Of a DNA stretch of 64,000 nt, positions 26,290 through 38,300 are shown piece by piece. A model generated the notes under the pieces. It was not told the origin of the DNA. It worked only from the letters and a program-made list of their open reading frames with translations, and ran no database searches. Numbering within the stretch: the stretch's first letter is position 1; each line of letters begins with the position of its first letter. Source of the stretch: the human T2T-CHM13v2.0 reference genome, Homo sapiens; the NCBI RefSeq assembly GCF_009914755.1, contig NC_060925.1. The stretch is one strand, 5' to 3'. Made by a program: the position numbers and the translations under genes.

Positions 26290-29200
26290 TGTGTGTATTC
26301 AACTCACAGAGTTGAACGATCCTTTACACAGAGCAGACTTGAAACACTCTTTTTGTGGAATTTGCAAGTGGAGATTTCAGCCGCTTTGAGGTCAATGTTA
26401 GAAAAGGAAATATCTTCGTATAAAGACCAGACAGAATGATTCTCAGAAACTCCTTTGTGATGTGTGCGTTCAACTCACAGAGTTTAACTTTTCTTTTCAT
26501 AGAGCAGTTAGGAAACACTCTGTTTGTAAAGTCTGCAAGTGGATATTCAGACCTCTTTGAGGCCTTCGTTGGAAACGGGATTTCTTCATATTATGCTAGA
26601 CAGAATAATTCTCAGTAACTTCCTTGTGTTGTGTGTATTCAACTCACAGAGTTGAACGATCCTTTACAGAGAGCAGACTTGAAACACTCTTTTTGTGGAA
26701 TTTGCAAGTGGAGATTTCAGCCGCTTTGAGGTCAATGGTAGAATAGGAAATTTCTTCCTATAGAAACTAGACAGAATGATTCTCAGAAACTCCTTTGGGA
26801 TGTGTGCGTTCAACTCACAGAGTTTAACCTTTCTTTTCATAGAGCAGTTAGGAAACACTCTGTTTGTAAAGTCTGCAAGTGGATATTCAGACCTCTTTGA
26901 GGCCTTCGTTGGAAACGGGATTTCTTCATATTCTGCTAGACAGAAGAATTCTCAGTAACTTCCTTGTGTTGTGTGTATTCAACTCACAGAGTTGAACGAT
27001 CCTTTACACAGAGCAGACTTGAAACACTCTTTTTGTGGAATTTGCAAGTGGAGATTTCAGCCGCTTTGAGGTCAATGGTAGAATAGGAAATATCTTCCAA
27101 TAGAAACTAGACAGAATGATTCTCATAAACTCCTTTGTGATGTGTGCATTCAAATCACAGAGTTTCACCTTTCTTTTCATAGAGCAGTTAGGAAACACTC
27201 TGTTTGTAAAGTCTGCAAGTGGATATTCAGACCTCCTTGAGGCCTTTGTTGGAAACGGGATTTCTTCATATTCTGCTAGACAGAGGAATTCTCAGTAACT
27301 TCCTTGTGTTGTGTGTATTCAACTCACAGAGTTGAACGATCCTTTACACAGAGCAGACTTGAAACACTCTTTTTGTGGAATTTGCAAGTGGAGATTTCAG
27401 CCGCTTTGAGGTCAATGGTAGAATAGGAAATATCTTCCTATAGAAAATAGACAGAATGATTCTCAGAAACTCCTTTGTGATGTGTGCGTTCAACTCACAG
27501 AGTTTAACGTTTCTTTTCATAGAGCAGTTAGGAAACACTCTGTTTGTAAAGTCTGCAAGTGGATATTCAGACCTCTTTGAGGCCTTCGTTGGAAACGGGA
27601 TTTCTTCATATTATGCTAGACAGAATAATTCTCAGTAACTTCCTTGTTTTGTGTGTATTCAACTCACAGAGTTGAACGATCCTTTACAGAGAGCAGACTT
27701 GAAACACTCTTTTTGTGGAATTTGCAAGTGGAGATTTCAGCCGCTTTGAGGTCAATGGTAGAATAGGAAATATCTTCCTATAGAAACTAGACAGAATGAT
27801 TCTCATAAACTCCTTTGTGATGTGTGCATTCAACTCACAGAGTTTCACCTTCTTTTCATAGAGCAGTTAGGAAACACTCTGTTTGTAAAGTCTGCAAGTG
27901 GATATTCAGACCTCCTTGAGGCCTTCGTTGGAAACGGGATTTCTTCATATTCTCCTAGACAGAAGAATTCTCAGTAACTTCCTTGTGTTGTGTGTATTCA
28001 ACTCACAGAGTTGAACGATCCTTTACAGAGAGGGAACTTGAAACACTCTTTTTGTGGAATTTGCAAGTGGAGATTTCAGCCGCTTTGAGGTCAATGGTAG
28101 AAAAGGAAATATCTTCTTATACAGACTAGACAGAATGATTCTCAGAAACTCCTTTGTGATGTGTGCGTTCAACTCACAGAGTTTAACTTTTCTTTTCATA
28201 GAGCAGTTAGGAAACACTCTGTTTTTAAAGTCTGCAAGTGGATATTCAGACCTCTTTGAGGCCTTCGTTTGAAACGGGATTTCTTCATATTATGCTAGAC
28301 AGAATAATTCTCAGTAACTTCCTTGTGTTGTGTGTATTCAACTGACAGAGTTGAACGATCCTTTACAGAGAGCAGACTTGAAACAGTCCTTTTGTGGAAT
28401 TTGCAAGTGGAGATTTCAGCCGCTTTGAGGTCAATGGTAGAATAGGAAATATCTTCCTATAGAAACTAGAGAGAATGATTCTCATAAACTCCTTTGTGAT
28501 GTGTGCATTCAACTCACAGAGTTTCACCTTTCTTTTCATAGAGCAGTTAGGAAACACTCTGTTTGTAAAGTCTGCAAGTGGATATTCAGACCTCTTTGAG
28601 GCCTTCGTTGGAAACGGGATTTCTTCATATTCTGCTAGACAGAAGAATTCTCAGTAACTTCCTTGTGTTGTGTGTATTCAACTCACAGAGTTGAACGATC
28701 GTTTACACAGAGCAGACTTGAAACACTCTTTTTGTGGAATTTGCAAGTGGAGATTTCAGCCGCTTTGAGGTCAATGGTAGAAAAGGAAACTATCTTCGTA
28801 TAAAGACTAGACAGAATAATTCTCAGAAAATCCTTTGTGATGTGTGCATTCAACTCACAGAGTTTAACTTTTCTTTTCATAGAGCAGTTAGGAAACACTC
28901 TGTTTGTAAAGTCTGCAAGTGGATATTCAGACCTCTTTGAGGCCTTCTTTGGAAACGTTATTTCTTCATATTATGCTAGACAGAATAATTTTCAGTAACT
29001 TCCTTGTGTTGTGTGTATTCAAGTCACAGAGTTGGACGATCCTTTACACAGAGCAGACTTGAAACACTCTTTTTGTGGAATTTGCAAGTGGAGATTTCAG
29101 CCGCTTTGAGGTCAATAGTAGAAAAGGAAATATCTTCGTAGAAAAACTAGACAGAATGATTCTCAGAAACTCCTTTGTGATGTGTGTGTTCAACTCACAG

Positions 29201-29340
29201 AGTTTAACCTTTCTTTTCATAGAGCAGTTAGTAAACACTCTGTTTATAAAGTCTGCAAGTGGATATTCAGACCCCTTTGAGGCCTTCGTTGGAAACGGGA
29301 TTTCTTCATATTATGCTAGACAGAAGAATTCTCAGTAACT
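26290..29340 (+). repeat. Run of 9 consecutive A-type dimers
   Basis: No complete B or C dimer occurs between the C ending ~26280 and the B at 29351. Confidence 0.85.
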
Positions 29341-32300
29341 TTCTTGTGTTGTGTGTATTCAACTGACAGAGTTGAACTTTCATTTAGAGAGACCAGATTT
29401 GAAACACTGTTTTTGTGGAATTTGCAAGTGGAGATTTCAAGCGCTTTGGGGCCAAAGGCAGAAAAGGAAATATCTTCGTATAAAAACTAGACAGAATCAT
29501 TCTCAGAAACTGCTGCGTGATGTGTGCGTTCAACTCTCAGAGTTTAACTTTTCTTTTCATTCAGCGGTTTGGAAACACTCTGTTTGTAAAGTCTGTACGT
29601 GGATATTTTGACCACTTAGAGGCCTTCGTTGCAAACGGGTTTTTTGCATGTAAGGCTAGACAGAAGAATTCCCAGTAACTTCCTTGTGTTGTGTGCATTC
29701 AACTCACAGAGTTGAACGTTCCCTTAGACAGAGCAGATTTGAAACACTCTATTTGTGCAATTTGCAAGTGTAGATTTCAAGCGCTGTAAGGTCAATGGCA
29801 GAAAAGGAAATATCTTCGTTTCAAAACTAGACAGAATCATTCCCACAAACTGCGTTGTGATGTGTTCGTTCAACTCACAGAGTTTAACCTTTCTGTTCTT
29901 AGAGCAGTTAGGAAACACTCTGTTTGTAAAGTCTGTAAGTGGATATTCTGACATCTTGTGGCCTTCGTTGGAAACGGGATTTCTTTATATTCTGCTAGAC
30001 AGAAGAATTCTCAGTAACTTCCTTGTGTTGTGTGTATTCAACTCACAGAGTTGAACGATCCTTTACACAGAGCAGACTTGAAACACTCTTTTCGTGGAAT
30101 TTGCAAGTGGAGATTTCAGCCGCTTTGAGGTCAATGGTAGAAAAGGAAATATCTTCGTATAAAGACTAGACAGAATGATTCTCAGAAACTCCTTTGTGAT
30201 GTGTGCGTTCAACTCACAGAGTTTAACTTTCCTTTTCATAGAGCAGTTAGGAAACACTCTGTTTGTAAAGTCTGCAAGTGGATATTCAGACCTCTTTGAG
30301 GCCTTCGTTGGAAACGTTATTTCTTCATATTATGCTAGACAGAATAATTCTCAGTAACTTCCTTGTGTTGTGTGTATTCAACTCACAGAGTTGAACGATC
30401 CTTTACACAGAGCAGACTTGAAACACTCTTTTTGTGGAATTTGCAAGTGGAGATTTCAGCCACTTTGAGGTCAATGGTAGAATAGGAAATATCTTCCTAT
30501 AGAAACTAGACAGAATGATTCTCAGAAACTCCTTTGTGATGTGTCCGTTCAACTCACAGAATTTAACATTTCTTTTCACAGAGCAGTTAGGAAACACTCT
30601 GTTTGTAAAGTCTGCAAGTGGATATTCAGACCTCTTTGAGGCCTTCGTTGGAAACGGGATTTCTTCATATTCTGCTAGACAGAAGAATTCTCAGTAACTT
30701 CCTTGTGTTGTGTGTATTCAACTCACAGAGTTGAACGATCCTTTACAGAGAGCAGACTTGAAACACTCTTTTTGTGGAATTTGCAAGTGGAGATTTCAGC
30801 CGCTTTGAGGTCAATGGTAGAATAGGAAATATCTTCCTATAGAAACTAGAGAGAATGATTCTCAGAAACTCCTTTGGGATGTGTGCGTTCAACTCACAGA
30901 GTTTAACTTTTCTTTTCATAGAGCAGTTAGGAAACACTCTGTTTGTAAAGTCTGCAAGTGGATATTCAGACCTCTTTGAGGCCTTCGTTGGAAACGGGAT
31001 TTCTTCATATTCTGCTAGACAGAAGAATTCTCAGTAACTTCCTTGTGTTGTGTGTATTCAACTCACAGAGTTGAACGATCCTTTACACAGAGCAGACTTG
31101 AAACACTCTTTTTGTGGAATTTGCAAGTGGAGATTTCAGCCGCTTTGAGGTCAATGGTAGAATAGGAAATATCTTCCTATAGAAACTAGACAGAATGATT
31201 CTCAGAAACTCCTTTGTGATGTGTGCGTTCAACTCACAGAGTTTAACTTTTCTTTTCATAGAGCAGTTAGGAAACACTCTGTTTGTAAAGTCTGCAAGTG
31301 GATATTCAGACCTCTTTGAGGCCTTCGTTGGAAACGGGATTTCTTCATATTCTGCTAGACAGAAGAATTCTCAGTAACTTCCTTGTGTTGTGTGTATTCA
31401 ACTCACAGAGTTGAACGATCCTTTACACAGAGCAGACTTGAAACACTCTTTTTGTGGAATTTGCAAGTGGAGATTTCAGCCGCTTTGAGGTCAATAGTAG
31501 AAAAGGAAATATCTTCGTAGAAAAACTAGACAGAATGATTCTCAGAAACTCCTTTGTGATGTGTGTGTTCAACTCACAGAGTTTAACCTTTCTTTTCATA
31601 GAGCAGTTAGTAAACACTCTGTTTATAAAGTCTGCAAGTGGATATTCAGACCCCTTTGAGGCCTTCGTTGGAAACGGGATTTCTTCATATTATGCTAGAC
31701 AGAAGAATTCTCAGTAACTTTCTTGTGTTGTGTGTATTCAACTGACAGAGTTGAACTTTCTTTTAGAGAGACCAGATTTGAAACACTGTTTTTGTGGAAT
31801 TTGCAAGTGGAGATTTCAAGCGCTTTGGGGCCAAAGGCAGAAAAGGAAATATCTTCGTATAAAAACTAGACAGAATCATTCTCAGAAACTGCTGCGTGAT
31901 GTGTGCGTTCAACTCTCAGAGTTTAACTTTTCTTTTCATTCAGCGGTTTGGAAACACTCTGTTTGTAAAGTCTGTACGTGGATATTTTGACCACTTAGAG
32001 GCCTTCGTTGGAAACGGGTTTTTTTCATGTAAGGCTAGACAGAAGAATTCCCAGTAACTTCCTTGTGTTGTGTGCATTCAACTCACAGAGTTGAACGTTC
32101 CCTTAGACAGAGCAGATTTGAAACACTCTATTTGTGCAATTTGCAAGTGTAGATTTCAAGCGCTTTAAGCTCAATGGCAGAAAAGGAAATATCTTCGTTT
32201 CAAAACTAGACAGAATCATTCCCACAAAATGCGTTGTGATGTGTTCGTTCAACTCACAGAGTTTAACCTTTCTGTTCATAGAGCAGTTAGGAAACACTCT

Positions 32301-35300
32301 GTTTGTAAAGTCTGTAAGTGGATATTCTGACATCTTGTGGCCTTCGTTGGAAACGGGATTTCTTCATATTCTGCTGGACAGAAGAATTCTCAGTAACTTC
32401 CTTGTGTTGTGTGTATTCAACTCACAGAGTTGAACGAACCTTTACACAGAGCAGACTTGAAACACTCTTTTTGTGGAATTTGCAAGTGGAGATTTCAGCC
32501 GCTTTGAGGTCAATGGTAGAATAGGAAATATCTTCCTATAGAAAACAGACAGAATGATTCTCAGAAACTCCTTTGTGATGTGTGCGTTCAACTCACAGAG
32601 TTTAACGTTTCTTTTCATAGAGCAGTTAGGAAACACTCTGTTTGTAGTGTCTGCAAGTGGATATTCAGACCCCTTTGAGGCCTTCGTTGGAAACGGGATT
32701 TCTTCATATTATGCTAGACAGAATAATTCTCAGTAACTTCCTTGTTTTGTGTGTATTCAACTCACAGAGTTGAACGATCCTTTACAGAGAGCAGACTTGA
32801 AACACTCTTTTTGTGGAATTTGCAAGTGGAGATTTCAGGCGCTTTGAGGTCAATGGTAGAATAGGAAATATCTTCCTATAGAAACTAGACAGAATGATTC
32901 TCATAAACTCCTTTGTGATGTGTGCATTCAACTCACAGACTTTCACCTTTCTTTTCATAGAGCAGTTAGGAAACACTCTGTTTGTAAAGTCTGTAAGTGG
33001 ATATTCTGACATCTTGTGGCCTTCGTTGGAAACGGGATTTCTTCATATTCTGCTAGACAGAAGAATTCTCAGTAACTTCTTGTGTTGTGTGTATTCAACT
33101 CACAGAGTTGAACGATACTTTACACAGAGCGGACTTGAAACACTCTTTTTGTGGAATTTGCAAGTGGAGATTTCAGCCGCTTTGAGGTCAATGGTACAAT
33201 AGGAAATATCTTCCTATAGAAAATAGACAGAATGATTCTCATAAACTCCTTTGTGATGTGTGCATTCAACTCACAGAGTTTCACCTTTCTTTTCATAGAG
33301 CAGTTAGGAAACACTCTGTTTGTAAAGTCTGCAAGTGGATATTCAGACCTCTTGAGGCCTTCGTTGGAAACGGGATTTCTTCATATTCTGCTAGACAGAA
33401 GAATTCTCAGTAACTTCCTTGTGTTGTGTGTATTCAACTCACAGACTTGAACGATCCTTTACACAGAGCAGACTTGAAACACTCTTTTTGTGGAATTTGC
33501 AAGTGGAGATTTCAGCCGCTTTGAGGTCAATGGTAGAAAAGGTAACTATCTTCGTATAAAGACTAGACAGAATGATTATCAGAAAATCCTTTGTGATGTG
33601 TGCGTTCAACTCACAGAGTTTAACTTTTCTTTTCATAGAGCAGTTAGGAAACACTCTGTTTGTAAAGTCTGCAAGTGGATATTCAGACCTCTTTGAGGCC
33701 TTCGTTGGAAACGGGATTTCTTCATATTATGCTAGACAGAAGAATTCTCAGTAACTTCCTTGTGTTGTGTGTATTCAACTCACAGAGTTGAACGATCCTT
33801 TACAGAGAGCAGACTTGAAACACTCTTTTTGTGGAATTTGCAAGTGGAGATTTCAGCCGCTTTGAGGTCAATGGTAGAATACGAAATATCTTCCTATGGA
33901 AACTAGACAGAATGATTCTCATAAACTCCTTTGTGATGTGTGCGTTCAACTCACAGAGTTTAACCTTTCTTTTCATAGAGCAGTTAGGAAACACTCTGTT
34001 TGTAAAGTCTGCAAGTCGATATTCAGACCTCTTTGAGGCCTTCGTTGGAAACGGGATTTCTTCATATTCTGCTAGACAGAAGAATTCTCAGTAACTTCCT
34101 TGTGTTGTGTGTATTCAACTCACAGTGTTCAACGATCCTTTACACAGAGCAGACTTGAAACACTCTTTTTGTGGAATTTGCAAGTGTAGATTTCAAGCGC
34201 TTTAAGGTCAATGGCAGAAAAGGAAATATCTTCGTATCAAAACTAGACAGAATCATTCCCACAAACTGCGTTGTGATGTGTTCGTTCAACTCACAGAGTT
34301 TAACCTTTCTGTTCTTAGAGCAGTTAGGAAACACTCTGTTTGTAAAGTCTGTAAGTGGATATTCTGACATCTTGTGGCCTTCGTTGGAAACGGGATTTCT
34401 TTATATTCTGCTAGACAGAAGAATTCTCAGTAACTTCCTTGTGTTGTGTGTATTCAACTCACAGAGCTGAACGATCCTTTACACAGAGCAGACTTGAAAC
34501 ACTCTTTTCGTGGAATTTGCAAGTGGAGATTTCAGCCGCTTTGAGGTCAATGGTAGAAAAGGAAATATCTTCGTATAAAGACTAGACAGAATGATTCTCA
34601 GAAACTCCTTTGTGATGTGTGCGTTCAACTCACAGAGTTTAACTTTCCTTTTCATAGAGCAGTTAGGAAACACTCTGTTTGTAAAGTCTGCAAGTGGATA
34701 TTCAGACCTCTTTGAGGCCTTCGTTGGAAACGGGATTTCTTCATATTATGGTAGACACAATAATTCTCAGTAACTTCCTTGTGTTGTGTGTATTCAACTC
34801 ACAGAGTTGAACGATCCTTTACAGAGAGCAGACTTGAAACACTCTTTTTATGGAATTTGCAAGTGGAGATTTCAGCCGCTTTGAGGTCAATGGTAGAATA
34901 GGAAATATCTTCCTATAGAAACTAGACAGAATGATTCTCAGAAACTCCTTTGTGATGTGTGCGTTCAACTCACAGAGTTTAACCTTTCTTTTCATAGAGC
35001 AGTTAGGAAACACTCTGTTTGTAAAGTCTGCAAGTGGATATTCAGACCTCTTTGAGGCCTTCGTTGGAAACGGGATTTCTTCATATTCTGCTTGACAGAA
35101 GAATTCTCAGTAACTTCCTTGTGTTGTGTGTATTCAAGTCACAGAGTTGAACGATCCTTTACACAGAGCAGACTTGAAACACTCTTTTTGTGGAATTTGC
35201 AAGTGGAGATTTCAGCCGCTTTGAGGTCAATAGTAGAAAAGGAAATATCTTCGTAGAAAAACTAGACAGAATGATTCTCAGAAACTCCTTTGTGATGTGT

Positions 35301-38300
35301 GTGTTCAACTCACAGAGTTTAACCTTTCTTTTCATAGAGCAGTTAGTAAACACTCTGTTTATAAAGTCTGCAAGTGGATATTCAGACCCCTTTGAGGCCT
35401 TCGTTGGAAACGGGATTTCTTCATATTATGCTAGACAGAAGAATTCTCAGTAACTTTCTTGTGTTGTGTGTATTCAACTGACAGAGTTGAACTTTCATTT
35501 AGAGAGACCAGATTTGAAACACTGTTTTTGTGGAATTTGCAAGTGGAGATTTCAAGCGCTTTGGGGCCAAAGGCAGAAAAGGAAATATCTTCGTATAAAA
35601 ACTAGACAGAATCATTCTCAGAAACTGCTGCGTGATGTGTGCGTTCAACTCTCAGAGTTTAACTTTTCTTTTCATTCAGCGGTTTGGAAACACTCTGTTT
35701 GTAAAGTCTGTACGTGGATATTTTGACCACTTAGAGGCCTTCGTTGCAAACGGGTTTTTTGCATGTAAGGCTAGACAGAAGAATTCCCAGTAACTTCCTT
35801 GTGTTGTGTGCATTCAACTCACAGAGTTGAACGTTCCCTTAGACAGAGCAGATTTGAAACACTCTATTTGTGCAATTTGCAAGTGTAGATTTCAAGCGCT
35901 TTAAGGTCAATGGCAGAAAAGGAAATATCTTCGTTTCAAAACTAGACAGAATCATTCCCACAAACTGCGTTGTGATGTGTTCGTTCAACTCACAGAGTTT
36001 AACCTTTCTGTTCTTAGAGCAGTTAGGAAACACTCTGTTTGTAAAGTCTGTAAGTGGATATTCTGACATCTTGTGGCCTTCGTTGGAAACGGGATTTCTT
36101 TATATTCTGCTAGACAGAAGAATTCTCAGTAACTTCCTTGTGTTGTGTGTATTCAACTCACAGAGTTGAACGATCCTTTACACAGAGCAGACTTGAAACA
36201 CTCTTTTCGTGGAATTTGCAAGTGGAGATTTCAGCCGCTTTGAGGTCAATGGTAGAAAAGGAAATATCTTCGTATAAAGACTAGACAGAATGATTCTCAG
36301 AAACTCCTTTGTGATGTGTGCGTTCAACTCACAGAGTTTAACTTTCCTTTTCATAGAGCAGTTAGGAAACACTCTGTTTGTAAAGTCTGCAAGTGGATAT
36401 TCAGACCTCTTTGAGGCCTTCGTTGGAAACGTTATTTCTTCATATTATGCTAGACAGAATAATTCTCAGTAACTTCCTTGTGTTGTGTGTATTCAACTCA
36501 CAGAGTTGAACGATCCTTTACACAGAGCAGACTTGAAACACTCTTTTTGTGGAATTTGCAAGTGGAGATTTCAGCCACTTTGAGGTCAATGGTAGAATAG
36601 GAAATATCTTCCTATAGAAACTAGACAGAATGATTCTCAGAAACTCCTTTGTGATGTGTGCGTTCAACTCACAGAATTTAACATTTCTTTTCACAGAGCA
36701 GTTAGGAAACACTCTGTTTGTAAAGTCTGCAAGTGGATATTCAGACCTCTTTGAGGCCTTCGTTGGAAACGGGATTTCTTCATATTCTGCTAGACAGAAG
36801 AATTCTCAGTAACTTCCTTGTGTTGTGTGTATTCAACTCACAGAGTTGAACGATCCTTTACAGAGAGCAGACTTGAAACACTCTTTTTGTGGAATTTGCA
36901 AGTGGAGATTTCAGCCGCTTTGAGGTCAATGGTAGAATAGGAAATATCTTCCTATAGAAACTAGAGAGAATGATTCTCAGAAACTCCTTTGGGATGTGTG
37001 CGTTCAACTCACAGAGTTTAACTTTTCTTTTCATAGAGCAGTTAGGAAACACTCTGTTTGTAAAGTCTGCAAGTGGATATTCAGACCTCTTTGAGGCCTT
37101 CGTTGGAAACGGGATTTCTTCATATTCTGCTAGACAGAAGAATTCTCAGTAACTTCCTTGTGTTGTGTGTATTCAACTCACAGAGTTGAACGATCCTTTA
37201 CACAGAGCAGACTTGAAACACTCTTTTTGTGGAATTTGCAAGTGGAGATTTCAGCCGCTTTGAGGTCAATGGTAGAATAGGAAATATCTTCCTATAGAAA
37301 CTAGACAGAATGATTCTCAGAAACTCCTTTGTGATGTGTGCGTTCAACTCACAGAGTTTAACTTTTCTTTTCATAGAGCAGTTAGGAAACACTCTGTTTG
37401 TAAAGTCTGCAAGTGGATATTCAGACCTCTTTGAGGCCTTCGTTGGAAACGGGATTTCTTCATATTCTGCTAGACAGAAGAATTCTCAGTAACTTCCTTG
37501 TGTTGTGTGTATTCAACTCACAGAGTTGAACGATCCTTTACACAGAGCAGACTTGAAACACTCTTTTTGTGGAATTTGCAAGTGGAGATTTCAGCCGCTT
37601 TGAGGTCAATAGTAGAAAAGGAAATATCTTCGTAGAAAAACTAGACAGAATGATTCTCAGAAACTCCTTTGTGATGTGTGTGTTCAACTCACAGAGTTTA
37701 ACCTTTCTTTTCATAGAGCAGTTAGTAAACACTCTGTTTATAAAGTCTGCAAGTGGATATTCAGACCCCTTTGAGGCCTTCGTTGGAAACGGGATTTCTT
37801 CATATTATGCTAGACAGAAGAATTCTCAGTAACTTTCTTGTGTTGTGTGTATTCAACTGACAGAGTTGAACTTTCTTTTAGAGAGACCAGATTTGAAACA
37901 CTGTTTTTGTGGAATTTGCAAGTGGAGATTTCAAGCGCTTTGGGGCCAAAGGCAGAAAAGGAAATATCTTCGTATAAAAACTAGACAGAATCATTCTCAG
38001 AAACTGCTGCGTGATGTGTGCGTTCAACTCTCAGAGTTTAACTTTTCTTTTCATTCAGCGGTTTGGAAACACTCTGTTTGTAAAGTCTGTACGTGGATAT
38101 TTTGACCACTTAGAGGCCTTCGTTGGAAACGGGTTTTTTTCATGTAAGGCTAGACAGAAGAATTCCCAGTAACTTCCTTGTGTTGTGTGCATTCAACTCA
38201 CAGAGTTGAACTTTCCCTTAGACAGAGCAGATTTGAAACACTCTATTTGTGCAATTTGCAAGTGTAGATTTCAAGCGCTTTAAGCTCAATGGCAGAAAAG

